This document shows positions 13,101 to 28,753 of a stretch of DNA of 64,000 bases, piece by piece. The notes under the pieces are model-generated. The model did not search any database and was not told the origin of the DNA. It saw only the letters and a list, made by a program, of their open reading frames with translations. This DNA is from Bugula neritina. Taxonomy: Eukaryota > Animalia > Bryozoa. The stretch is taken from assembly GCA_964035545.1 (NCBI GenBank), contig OZ037768.1, positions 22,663,319 through 22,727,318 on the forward strand, in the 5' to 3' direction. Position 1 is the stretch's first letter. The number at the start of each line of letters is the position of its first letter. The position numbers and the translations under genes are program-made.

Positions 13101-15544
13101 ACATTAATTATCTCATCATGCTATATCATTATTTTGGTGTTCCTATGTAATGTATTCCGATATCACTAGACAATACTATCTGAACTGTGATATGAAACAT
13201 TGTCACATATAATGCACATACACATCTTGACCTACCTAGATTGTCGTGTAATAAATTGCTGTTATACGGCAGCGTCTGTGGGAGTTTGTTGTGAAAGAAT
13301 CTCGTCTACAAGACCACCTCCACCGGCTAAAAGACATCTTCCTATTGGGCAGAGGAGATTTGTTTCAGGCATTGATAGAAGCTGCTGATGTTTTGTTATG
13401 CTGCCCTCCCAGCCCTATGACTACGCACGGTGAGTGTATTACTACACATGGTGAGTGTATTACTACGCACTTTGTGAGTGTATTACTACGCATAGTGAGT
13501 GTATTACTACTCATAGTGGTGTATTACTACATCTACTGAGTTTATTACTATCTTAGGATGTTATGTTTTTTACAGACGCCAACCGTGTATTCCACCAAGT
13601 GATAAGAAGTCTAGACATAAATGACGACAGTTTACAGCAGTTCAGGCTGAGTGTAGAGGCGGGGACTAAAGATAACCCGGCAGCTAAGGGGAGTGGGTGG
13701 GCTGTGCTCTCAGTCCAGTACAAAGCTGAGTGGCCTCTGCAGGTTTTCTTCACTTCTGTAGCCATTGACAGGTTGGTGTTGCCGGAATATTCTCTTTGGT
13801 TCATATTCATCTGTTATGAGATTTTTACCCAAAAATATCCGGATGTAAATGTTATGAAAGACACACATACATGTTCACGAATTTGTAGGCTGCTAGTATA
13901 TTTATCTCCAGAAGTGTTTGCTCATCCTTTTCATTTAAAACGCGAATCTTTGTCTAAAGCTGCCCCTGTTCAACGTTTCTAGTACAGCCACTTTACTCAG
14001 CACGTTTGTAAAGGGGTCTCCTGTGTATTTGCAGGTATAACAGTATATTCAAGTTCCTACTAGCTGTTAGGAGGGTACAAGTGGCCCTCCACAAGGCCTG
14101 GAAGCGCCAGATGACCAAATGGACCGGGTCCGATTCTGAGCAGGACCAGTCTGACCAGCTTCTACTCTCTCAGATCAGAAACCACATGCAGTTCCTTGTA
14201 GATAACCTGCTCACCTACCTTCAGGTGCAGTAACTATCTAGTAGTACTAATACTACCAGTACCAGTACTACTAATAGTACTACCAGTATGAGTGGTAGTA
14301 CTAGTACTAATTGTACTAGTAGTAGTGGTATCATTACTAGCACTAGTACTACTGGTACTAGTGCTAGTAATGATAATACTACTACTAGTACCACTAGCAG
14401 TACTAGTGCTGGTGGTACTACTAGAGTTGCTTGTACCAGAGTACTATTAGCACTAGTAGTACTATTACTAGTAGTAGTATTGTTATAAAATGTATATGCA
14501 TGTTGCAGGTTGATGTTATTGAATCACAGTTTCATGAAATGTTGGAGAAAATAAATTCTTCTAAAGATTTTGAAATTATTCGTTCAGCCCACGAGACATT
14601 CCAAACTAATCTTTTGGCGCAGGTAATTCTCACATGTTATAATTGTTCTCTCAAGATAAAATCCTCATTCAGGCCATAAATAACATTATTATTAAATAAA
14701 ATAATATGATTCTGTCCTTCATATTAGCAACTAACCAAGGTATGGAGCATACTTTTATCATATGTGTGCTTCAATATGTTTTCAAAAAGTCAGTAAAACT
14801 ATTGTAAATTAAATTCTTAGTCTCTAACATAACTTAGGCTTGTTCTAGTTTGCTCTACCAAACTGTTGAGTCTACTTTGTCATTGTGATTAAACAGCGAA
14901 TCCACTTTTGTAGTGCTTCCTGTTGAATGTGCCAGTGAACCACTGTCTGATGTGCATACTGGAAAGCTGCACATCTTTCTGCACACTCTTTGAGTCTGCT
15001 AGCAACAGGTTGACTGTAGACCAGTTGGAACATTGCCAAGCTCTGCAGGCGGTGAGTTGTCTTCTCATAGTCGCTAGTACTATTCTATTGGTTCAACTTT
15101 TCACATTTAATTCGGGTAGCAAATTTAATGCCTCAAATTTGGAGTTGCGTTTTCTTTGACAAATTTTGCTCACATCTTTATAAATACAATTTTTTATGCA
15201 AGGGCATCCTTATAATTTTCTTTACCTATTATTTATACATTAATTATTGCAATTTTTGGTTTTGTGTTATGTATGCAATATTTTATTATAATATATTCTA
15301 AGTATATAATTTATTATCTGTTATACTGTGTGTATATAATCTTGCATTATTTAATATTTTGTGTTATACTGTGTATATGCATTTTCCATTCCATCATCTG
15401 CAGATGTTTAAGAAGCAGACGTTACTCCTGTTTAAAATACTGACCAGCACAAAGACACATCAGCGTAACCCCTACCTCGTCCAATTACTTCTCAGAATTG
15501 ACTTCAACAAATATTTTACTTCAGCTGGCCAACAGCTTGGCTAG
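10167..15544 (+). CDS. TUBGCP4: Gamma-tubulin complex component 4
   Basis: About 13 GT-AG exons (10167-10247, 10715-10841, 11089-11297, 11689-11768, 12053-12249, 12458-12632, 12964-13088, 13273-13429, 13576-13771, 14035-14224, 14509-14622, 14914-15051, 15404-15544). Motifs MLHELILAL, YKQLSSWLLQG, KDIFLLGRGDLFQ, QVDVIESQF and LLLRIDFNKYF match GCP4 as recalled. AATAAA at ~15775. Confidence 0.95.
12258..12365. repeat. 21-bp tandem repeat (~5 copies) right after a TUBGCP4 donor
   Basis: Unit GTACGTCTGCTTATTGATAGT. Confidence 0.9.
13420..13550. repeat. 21/22-bp tandem repeat spanning a TUBGCP4 donor
   Basis: Unit ACTACGCACG|GTGAGTGTATT with decaying copies. Confidence 0.85.
14230..14480. repeat. 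Degenerate (ACT/AGT)n low-complexity tract filling a TUBGCP4 intron
   Basis: Seen directly. Confidence 0.85.
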
Positions 15545-16261
15545 CCTGCATTCTTAGTTGCCTAACTATTTATATAGACTGTGTTCTCTACATCTCATTT
15601 CCTAGTCTGTGGTGTCTATTGACTGCATAGCTTCAGCTCTTTGCTGTGAACTCTAGGTTAATGCATATAGGCTAACATTGCATACAGTTTGTGAATAATC
15701 ATAATTTATCTTTTGGGTGACATTTTAAGTTTTGTGTATATAGTTTTTGTATTGAGTCTAACGAAATTTAATTTAATAAAACTGAAATTATTGTCCGACA
15801 CCAATTCATGACACACAGTTGTACTCTTAGCTTCTCCTAACATCAACATAAAACTGTCTCCAAAAATGAAGTTTTTGGGTTGCCTAATTTCAAGAATACT
15901 TATGTTACCTATAAATAGAGCCTAGACTATAGGCTGGTGAATTCATGTACTGACATAGATAAAGGGCACATGGCCTTGTGGTAAGTTTAACAGTTGTGAT
16001 TTCACTGATTTATTAACAGTGACTGACTGATATGTTGATAGAAAATTCTCATAGTTAATCAACAATAAATAGAACCTCTTGAGATTTCACAGGATTCAGT
16101 GAGAAACGCAATGGCTGGTACAAATAATGCTGGCAAAGCGCAAAACTGCATAAACAATGCTAACATGGAATTCAAAGCTCGCACAATGTGGGCATATAAT
16201 ACTCGTACTGAGTAGGTAAGGTCATACAAAAAGATATAAAAACGGCTAACCTCGTGTTTAG

Positions 16262-19200
16262 TCACTCATCACCGGTAGACTGGAGTATCATTGTTGCTGA
16301 TGGTTTACAGGATGGAAGAAATCATTACAGCATTCGAAACTAGCTAATTTTATCGTAACCCATTTTATATATAAAGAATGCACTCAAGAGTATACCTGCA
16401 GCAGTAACTACCAGGGCTATTGAGTGTTTGTGGTGGTAAATGGACGGTATCGCAGGCTGTTTCCTGATAGGGCGGGGCATCACACAGCGCTGAAATATAT
16501 ACAACACATTTTACATTAACCACCGGACAACAATATGGAGTAGTGAGTTGAATGATGACAAGTGATTTGACTTTCAATAAAATCTACTATTTTTTAAAAT
16601 ATGTATAAAAGTGGAATTTTAGAGTAAATATGCAAATGTGTTGTTTTATAACGCAGGTACTTCATTGTTTGTGTTTTACACACAAGAAATGTACACTAGT
16701 TTGGCGAAGGCTCTTCCCACAATACCAGAAGACAAGCTGTATATTTCAGGAATATAATTTTTCTGCTTTAGTAAATTTAATGGTTTTAAAAACAAATCAA
16801 AATGTAAACGGCTACGAATTTTTGTTCAAAAATTGCTTTTGGAAAATAGCCGTATACTCAACATGCATTTCACGTTGATTCTTAGTTTTAGAACCTAGTG
16901 AATAGTTTTAAGGAGTACTCACCCAGCCCCCCAAACAATTGAGGTCATGCTCTGCGCATATTGTATCCATAGCTGAGAGTGAATCTTCCAGAATCATATC
17001 TAAAAGCCTGGGCTCCCCGTTTTGAACTGACCACCGACAAGCACACACTAGCAAGAAAACATGACACAATTATACACAAGGGAGCTAAGACTTGCAATAT
17101 TTTCTTACAGCATATCGATTATCGACATATAAAGAAATCAAGAATACAGTTGGTAGAAGATTTGCTCATATAGCCTTTTTTCTGGGTTACCTGTGTGATA
17201 GAGAAGTTCAGCTATCTTTAGAGAAAAAGGTTGGCTAGCAGAGAGCTGAGCCAGGGCTAAGCAGAGGAACCCATTGCACCCTTTGGGCCTCAGTCTTCGT
17301 GCACAATGGCATTTCTGTACAAAATATTCATAAAATTTACATGGGATTTCAAAGCTAAGTACAAGTTAGAGAAATTTCTCTAACACTATAGAAACACAAG
17401 TTAAACCATTACAGTGAAATAATACATTCACAGGGTTTAAGGTCTTTGATTTTATCTGCTATATTCATTGCTTAAATCAGTTGATTATTCTCAACTGATC
17501 AATCTAAATAATAGCATTGACAATGAGCAAGAGTAGAAAATTATATTGTTATTGCTGGCTGTTTAACTGTAACTACAACTCATATATAGTACCATATATT
17601 ACAGCACTACATGCTGCTGCAATCACTACTGTTAATGCTATAATTTATAGTTACTACCTCTACTGTAACTACTACTACCAGTTTAACTACTAGTAGTACT
17701 AACAATTCAGAGTTGCTACTTTTACTATAACTACTACTAATTCAAGTACTAATAGTAATACCAGTACAGAGTCACTACCTCATTGATAAATGATGTAAGA
17801 GAAGCTGTAGGCTGATTATTTTTCATGAAATCATAAATAGTCTTGCAGAGTGTTTCCCATCTGAGTAACAGAAAGCCTTTAGATGTGCTGCAAAACATAT
17901 ATACTATAGTACTTTTACACTAGAAGTACTGTGAACTTATAGCAATTTTGCACTAGATCACGAAACAACTCACCAAAGTAGAGTCTGGAAAAGCAAGGAA
18001 TCCTTTGGTATTGGAAGGTCAAGTTGTTTCAGTTCAGAGTACACAGTGTAATAGAGAATTTCTTCCCCCTGCTTGATAACTGTACTGTGACTACTCTCGC
18101 CTGCAGGAAACACGTTTAGGAGTTAGTAGTGATGGCAAACAGATTACCTGTTGCCTGGCAACATGCAGATAACGTCTTTCCCAGAAAATTGTTTCATATT
18201 TTAAAATCGAGTAACAACATGATCAATGCGATAGCAGTGCTTGCTAACACATTTATTAAATACAATATAACGAGTTTGTTATACAATACACATTGCCTGG
18301 TAACATATTTGTTAGAAAATAAACATTGCCAGGTAACATATTCAACATACATTGCTTGCTGAACTTCTTTGTCGGCCATTTTGTTTAATAGCAATGCTAT
18401 ATTCTACAAGCATTGCCTGGTAACATGTATGTTACATGAAGGTTGAGGCAAAATTGGTGGTAAAACACTGCCTAGCAACGCAATGGCCTGTCGCTTGACA
18501 ACACATAAACATATTCTAAACTCACCTTCTACATGGTTTATGTTGAACCCCAAAGGAGGATGAATGTCTATTTTTAGAGTTACAGAAGCAGTGCGAGTTC
18601 TAAAGTAACTAGTTGTTGCGACAGAGTTTGGTAGTTGGGGTTTTGCCATACTGGAGTCTGTAAAAACAAACTAATAGAAGTAGAACATGACACATCGCTT
18701 GGTGAAAACATGTTCAATGTTGCCTTGTAGAAAACATAAGAGAATACTACTAGCCTGACTTCCTAACAGCTATTCATTGAGGTTTGAGTTAGAAGATAGG
18801 AATTTTGTTACATAGAAGTTGCCACATTTGCCAATTGGTAATTTATAATTAACAGAGTCTTAAAATCTAGTGTGATACTTAACTCTAATTATGCACGAAA
18901 CATAGCAGTAGCTTTCTATACAAATAGGCAGCTAATGCTGTAAGTACAGCTTTTAAATAGACAAACATCTCCAGCAAAAGTTTTACCAGGTCCAAATGTT
19001 GTTGATTTAAGCATTTCTACATGTTGGAACTTGAAACTATTTGGCTTAAATATTCATTTTACTTCAACTTAATATTCTTAACTCGAACAATTTGATTAAC
19101 AACAAACCTAAAATGCTAAACTGCAGATAAAATAATATAACTTTATATTACTATAATACTATATGTTAGAAGAATATATTAGCAAGGTACTACAACATTC

Positions 19201-21656
19201 AAGAGAATGTTGAATATGATTCATAAAATTTCATTTTTAAAGTCATAATTTTTGAGTTTGACTTTTCTTTCTGTCACAATCAAAATTTGAAACAGTTTAA
19301 ATTATAAAACTTTTTAATTACTTGTTGAACACCTAATTTATACTACCTGCTGTCAAATAAGGCAGTATACAACATTAGGATACACATCCCATAGGGACAC
19401 TGTTTTATGATTTGATTCTAAAACAATTTCACTTTTTACTTGCCCAGTTTCTGCATATTTAGATAACTAATGGATAGGCAGTGATAACAATTTTATTAGC
19501 CTGTAAATATCTAGTTGCAGATATTTAACTTTACTTATCCAGTGGCTTCAGATGTAATTGTGATTACTAGACCCAGTAGGCTACTAGTAACTAATGCTCA
19601 GTACTAGTTACTAGTACTCAGTACTAGTTACTAGTACTCAGTATTAGTTACTAGTCTTTTAAATTCAAGCTAGTTTCACATGGCATTATATCAAGCTCAA
19701 TTCCCAATTAGAAATTCACTTGAGAATTAAGATAAGAGTATTAAGTTGACTAGAAAGCATCAGAGCCGAGTGCAAGTCAATAGACGGGAGTACTTGTTGA
19801 CTGAGTGACGTGCCTTATCTTGTGCTCACTTGATTCATTGCCACAAATCTTTTCAATTCATGCAAGTCAAAGTCAAAAATCTTGATTTTCGATGCTTATA
19901 ACATTTTGTTGAGCAACCTACTATAGTTTCATAGTTATTACATAAACAATTGACAACACAATGACTTGGTAAAAACATAAAAGCAAATATAACTGCTTGA
20001 GTGAATAAGACTAAACACTAAGTAATAAAGATAACTGCAATTCTTACGACAAGAGTAATCAATAATGTTTAATGAATATTAATAATTATAATATTAATTG
20101 ATCATTAAAACTATTACTATGGTGTCACCCCAGATAGACGCTTCCCAGTTAGATGCTAGACTAAATTTCCCACATGGACGCTTACCACATGGATGCTTCC
20201 CAGTTAGACACTATTTATTTATTTCGGTATAATATAACTATATGTATTTTATGTGCAATTTAGTTGAATACTGTTGAAATATATGTACATTTAAATAGAT
20301 TCGGATCAATTGTTTGTAATTCAGTGCATAAATAAATTCCTTAATTTTCTTTAACTTATTAATTTTGCAATTTCTATACTTCTTGTCATTTGAGAAAATA
20401 TTTCGTTAATAAGTATTCATAAAAGATAATGTCTATTAGTAATGTATTACTGATTTTTTGTCCCACACAAATTAGTGAAAATTGGAATATTATTTCAGAT
20501 AATTCATATTAGCCATTATTTCATATTTAGCAAAAATACAGCAGTTATAAATAGGCATGTATAGGTATACTACTATATATAGTACCAAAATAAAATGTCC
20601 AACTGGGAAGTGTCCAAGTGAGAAGCGTCTATCTGAGTGAAACCATTACTATAACTACTATTATAAACATAATATTGATATACTCATAGTTATACCCATA
20701 CTATAGTATATTAATCTTATTAGATTATACTTCAACTTGTAATTTTAATTTAAGTTATACTCATGTCTTACACAGTTACAGTTTAATTTACCCTGATAAG
20801 TTAAACTTAATGTCATAGACTTTAGCAGATGCAGTGCTAAAAGTAGAGCTTAAAAGTATATTAAAGATTAGCTTTAATTCCAAGTACTGAAGTAGCCAGT
20901 CCTTAAGTTTAAGTATTTACTTGTTAATAATTACCTTTAGTATAGGTATTGGCTACTGCCTACAAAACTTAGACTACTAGTAGTAGTAGCTGTAGCACTA
21001 CTAGTACTAGTACATAATCATAATGACTGTACATGTAGTACATGATGATGATGTACTAGTACTACAAGTAGAAGTAGTAGTACACTAGCAGTAGCAGTAT
21101 CAGTACTAGTACAGTACTACTAGTAGTAGTTGTACTAGTACTACTACTACGAAGTGCGATCACTGTCACTATCACTATGACTATCAGTATCGACTATGAG
21201 TACGTATCACTTTGACTTACAGATTCGGTATCACTATCACTCTATGAGTATGACTATCACTATGACTTATTGACTATCAGTATCAGTATCACTATCAGAA
21301 TGAGTAAACGCTAAAAACCTAGTCTTCCAAATTTAAAAAAAAATTGATATCTAAATTACAGCAAATGAACGCAGTTAAAAGGTGCAGTAGCATTGGCATG
21401 CCCAATTATTCCAGTGATTCATAATATAAATATTACTAATACAAATGATGCAAGTCAATGCCCACTCACCATAACCGCATAACTTTACGGTAAACGTCAG
21501 TTGCGATATACTGGTGATGAAAATTCCCAGCATAACCAGCGAGTAATTAGTGAAACGGTTCGAGTGCCCTAGAAGCGCTGGTGTTAATTCGAAATTATTG
21601 TCGAATCGATGCCAAGTGTGTAGTTGTATGCACAGCGAATCAAACCAATATAACAT
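16262..21656 (-). CDS. Uncharacterised multi-exon protein-coding gene (~230-280 aa; both ends uncertain)
   Basis: Phase-consistent GT-AG chain 21656 (or 21533)-21470, 18657-18526, 18100-17974, 17887-17779, 17314-17191, 16999-16923, then probably 16489-16396 and 16296-16262. Core reads ..MAKPQLPNSVATTSYFRTRTASVTLKIDIHPPLGF..EEILYYTVYSELKQLDLPIPKDSLLFQTLLCTSKGFLLLRWETLCK..KCHCARRLRPKGCNGFLCLALAQL..EHDLNCLGGW. I do not recognise the family. Confidence 0.55.
18150..18502. promoter_or_regulatory. Cluster of six X-box-like motifs
   Basis: GTTGCCTGGCAAC 18150, ATTGCCTGGTAAC 18292 and 18412, ATTGCCAGGTAAC 18325, ACTGCCTAGCAAC 18467, GTCGCTTGACAAC 18490. Confidence 0.45.
20121..20644. mobile_element. 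Non-autonomous DNA transposon (MITE), GG..CC ends, 8-bp TSD (Merlin- or hAT-type)
   Basis: TIRs GGTGTCACCCCAGATAGACGCTTCCCA and reverse complement GGTTTCACTCAGATAGACGCTTCTCA; ATTACTAT duplicated at 20113-20120 and 20645-20652; subterminal GA(C/T)GCTTCCCA repeats. Confidence 0.85.
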
Positions 21657-22153
21657 ATTATAAAGGTACAAGTTCAAAGTTCACACTGCAAGAATTGAAG
21701 GAACAACTCCAAAGTAAAATGAAAGGGTATACTCCACAGCTTACGTGCTTGTGGTTCATATATTATTATGCTCTTGTATGCTTAAATATTTTTTCGTGCA
21801 CTGTTGTAGAAACAAACGCTATTTACGGACCTTTTTACAGCACAAATAACAAGTTATCACTTTCGACTGAAATAAAGATTGCTCACAACTTTCACAATCT
21901 TACTGTTTTGAAACAGAATATCAAATACCATGTTTCACTAAAAATATCTATTTTATTAGAAAATACCAAATAGTCCCGCTATTTGCCCATTAAACAGAAT
22001 ATAATGTAATATATACACATTTTTTGTTCAAATTGATTAAGAAGGCTCAGAATACAAATTTATAAGAAGTCCTGTACATAAACAACCAAGAACAAGTATA
22101 AACTCTGCACTGTACAAGCAAATAGAAGATGTCTTGAAAAAAATGGAGGAACG

Positions 22154-25360
<3,207 letters not shown>

Positions 25361-26022
25361 TATACTATAATAAACCACTGACTGGCTAGGAAATTTTACT
25401 AATTGAGAGTTGTCTTTTCAAAAACGAGTCGTTTAAACCTGTGAATTAAAAATATTAATTTTCATTAGTTATAGGAAGATTTAGTCAACTTTGATTACTA
25501 TTCATAATCATTGAGCTACTAAAACGATGTAACTACATAAAAAATAGTCAAAACAACACACCAGAACAATGAACAAAGTGAGTTTTGTAAACGTATTAAC
25601 ATGCATCTGAATCCCAAGAATAGCGAGTTTTGTCACGCATGCGTCAAGTCCCAAAATCCCCAGCAAACTGACCTACTTCCTGTGTAGGCTATAAAAGGTT
25701 AATACCAAAAGTTCAAGTTTAAGCTTTTTCGAAATGAAAATGTACTGCTGGTGGCTGGGTTGTTGACTTTATATACTTCAAGCTGGAACATTATTAGTAA
25801 CTGCAATTCAAATTTGTGCTGCAATAATTTTAAAATTAAATGAGTAAATCAGTAATACTAAAGTAAATGCATACTTCAACTTGTTAACCAAAGTCGAAAA
25901 GTAAATTTTAATTATTATTATTATTAAAATACTAAATTTAAATTGTAAATTTGCAAAAAGTCAATTAATAATATAATCTACATATTTTTTACATCAACTT
26001 CTAATTTCGGTTTGAAGCTGCA
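25361..26022. promoter_or_regulatory. Divergent promoter region for NABP and the Ly6 gene
   Basis: Palindrome ACGCATGCGT (NRF1-like) at ~25635, ACTTCCTG (ETS) at ~25675, TATAAAAG at ~25690. Confidence 0.55.
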
Positions 26023-28085
26023 ATGTCGAAGTCACCGTGTAGCATTCCTTCCACCTTGGTTTGGACCATTTTAGTGTCGGCATGCATACAAACAGGTAAA
26101 ACTAAAATTAACTTCAAGTTTTACCTAAGTTGTAGCAATAATAATGTTTTTGTGTTATTATAATTGTATTTGTTTATGTTGATAAAAGTGTAATGATAAT
26201 ATTAATACTAATAGTAATACTAATAGTAATAATGATACTAATACTAATACTAATGCCAATGGTAATAAATTATTAGATGAAGATAGTACCACAATCCCAA
26301 GGCACATTATTATTTATTTTTGTATTTGTATTAAAATAGTAATTTATAAATTATACCTATAGTTGAACTTGATGTTACTATTTCGACAGTAACTATGACT
26401 TTTCATGCCTAATTTACACTGTGATTATAATGGCCATCTATAACTTTTGATAATAATATAAATATGATCTTTAATGAATGTGATAATTTTTACCAGATAA
26501 GTAGATTTACAAAGTGTATATATGTTATATTTGATAGTTTTGTTAATCCATAGACTTCATATATTATATAAACCTTTATTTAATACAAGTTACTAGAACT
26601 GCAAGTGCATGTTGTTAGTACCCTGTTTCAGCTATATTATCTATTCTACTTATGTGCACTGTCGTTATGTAAATCTATTTTATTGTAGCCTATTCATTGG
26701 AATGTTATGTTTGTACAACACAAGAACACAATGATGATAAATGTATAAAAACAGTCAACACTTGCTTACCTGATCAGTCGCAGTGCATGACCAAAGTAGA
26801 GTGGCGCTGTAAGCATTTCATCTTCTCATTTCATAAGTCTTAATAAAACTAGCATAAAGGTTGTCACTAATTATAACTATTTATAAACATTTCTTGGTTT
26901 AATTTTGCAAGTGACTGGTAGACAAATGGCTGTTCTTTTTACAGTTATGTGTATTTTTATTAGTTTTTATACTCTATACTCTGTTCTTTCATTGTTAAGA
27001 GTTCAATAATTTCTTTTAGCATGACCAGCCAGATATACAAATAACATGAGTATTAGACGTTACATAACCTAATGATGGTCAAAATATTAATCAAACTACT
27101 CTATCAATTTTAACATTTCATTAGTTTTGTTTCAAAGTATTTCAACCACAAAGCTTTGAGTTTACTTTTAGTCTTTCGACCACATGCTGAATTTTGTCAA
27201 CTCATCTGCTGTGTTTAGTTCCTCCCTACTGGACACCAGATGGTGTGAGAATCCATTACATCAGTAAAGGATGTGATGTACAAAAAGATTGTGAGCGCAA
27301 GAAAAATAACAATGTGCTGCACTGTAAAAGAGATTGGTGGAACGACTGGACGTGTTACGAGTGTTGTAACGGTCCCCGGTGTAATTACTATGTCACGGTT
27401 AGTTATAGCAGTGTTTTCTCAAGATGCAATTTTTACAAAATAATTTTGGAAGTTGTCTCCTGTTTTAGGGACAAAGTCTAGTGAATTGAGGGTTTATTTA
27501 AAATCAGTGAGTATTAGCATTAGTCTGATAAAACTGCTTATCAGGAGGCTTAAAATATTTGATTTAGGCAGTGATAGAATAATCTAGTTGTGTGTCATAG
27601 CTGAAGTTCACAAATATCTAATTTAAATATAGTTAATCAGTGTGAGAACCATAAGTGCTTAAATATAATTTCTGTATTTTACTTTTTCGATTTGTTGTGT
27701 ATTTACTCTTTAATCATGTCATGCAGTTGGATGTAGTTGCCCAAGTGTTAGTAAGATTCATATATGCTAAGTGTTAGTAAGATACATATATGCTAAGTGT
27801 TAGTAAGATACATATATATGCTAAGTGTTAGTAAGATACATATATGCTAAGTGTTAGTAATATACATTTATGCTAAGTGTTAGTAAGATACATATATATG
27901 CTAAGTGTTAGGAAGATACATATATATGCTAAGTGTTAGTAAGATACATATATGCTAAGTGTTAGTATCATATAATCATTTGACTGATTCTATTGTAGCT
28001 GGGTGCAGGAAGTGTTAAACCACAGACCTTGTTGATAAGTCTCACAGTTATACTTACATCTATAATGACTTACCTTCGAATATGA
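26023..28085 (+). CDS. cold: Ly6/uPAR three-finger GPI-anchored protein, coiled-like (septate junction family), 152 aa
   Basis: Exons 26023-26095, 26689-26808, 27219-27397, 27999-28085. Signal peptide, LECYVC..KCIKTVNTC..PYW..YISKGC..DWTCYECCNGPRCNYYV (12 Cys) and hydrophobic GPI tail; pattern matches Drosophila Coiled as recalled. AATAAA at 28470. Confidence 0.85.
27744..27966. repeat. 26/28-bp minisatellite (~8 copies) before the last Ly6 acceptor
   Basis: Unit CTAAGTGTTAGTAAGATACATATATG. Confidence 0.9.
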
Positions 28086-28671
28086 GCAAATATTTGTAAC
28101 TACTTACTGCAAAAACCTGATTGTTTCCAACGGTTTTTTTTAATTTTTATGCTATTTTTTATATCATATTCTGAAATTTTGGTCCAGAGCAAATTGCTTC
28201 TTCAAATTATAGTGATAAGCAACGCCAACTGGTAATAGTTGTATGGTTTGGGCCAATTATTTTACAACTTTTTAAGATGTTCTCTCATTTTTATGTTCCA
28301 CTAAGTACATTCCATTTAGTACATTCCATTAAGTACATTCCATTTTATACGTAGTTCCGTAAATTTAAGCAAATTTTAGCTAAACTAATCATTGGTTTTG
28401 ATTTCTGTCACCATTACCATTTTTATATAAAGTGAAGTTTCTTTTCATTTTCATCTGTTTACATTTCAAAATAAAACTTTATATACATGAATCTAATACT
28501 GATAATATAGCAAAATATAGTGTCACAAGCATGTAAACATGACAAATTAAAAAATATAGGACCAGAATGATTGATTTATATCGTACATGGAGAGCAATGA
28601 ACCTCGAGTTCCCTAAAAAATTATTTAGTCTTTCTAAGAAAAAGGTAATATTGAACGTGTGTAAAAAAATA

Positions 28672-28753
28672 CGTCGTAGACAGGATTCGAACCTGTGCGG
28701 GGAGACCCCATTGGATTTCGAGTCCAACGCCTTAACCACTCGGCCACCACGAC
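28672..28753 (-). tRNA. tRNA-Ser (CGA)
   Basis: GTCGTGGTGGCCGAGTGGTTAAGGCGTTGGACT-CGA-AATCCAATGGGGTCTCCCCGCACAGGTTCGAATCCTGTCTACGACG; 82 nt, long variable arm, paired stems, T7 terminator at 28663-28669. Confidence 0.97.

Noticed and set aside
17860-17974. Apparent in-frame TGA (selenocysteine) formed across a splice junction in the orphan gene
   Set aside because: A stronger acceptor (TTTTGCAG, exon start 17887) gives TGC in the same frame, and I saw no SECIS element.
21581-21973. 130-aa plus-strand ORF
   Set aside because: Non-ATG start, no recognisable motif, and it overlaps the probable 5' end of the minus-strand orphan gene.
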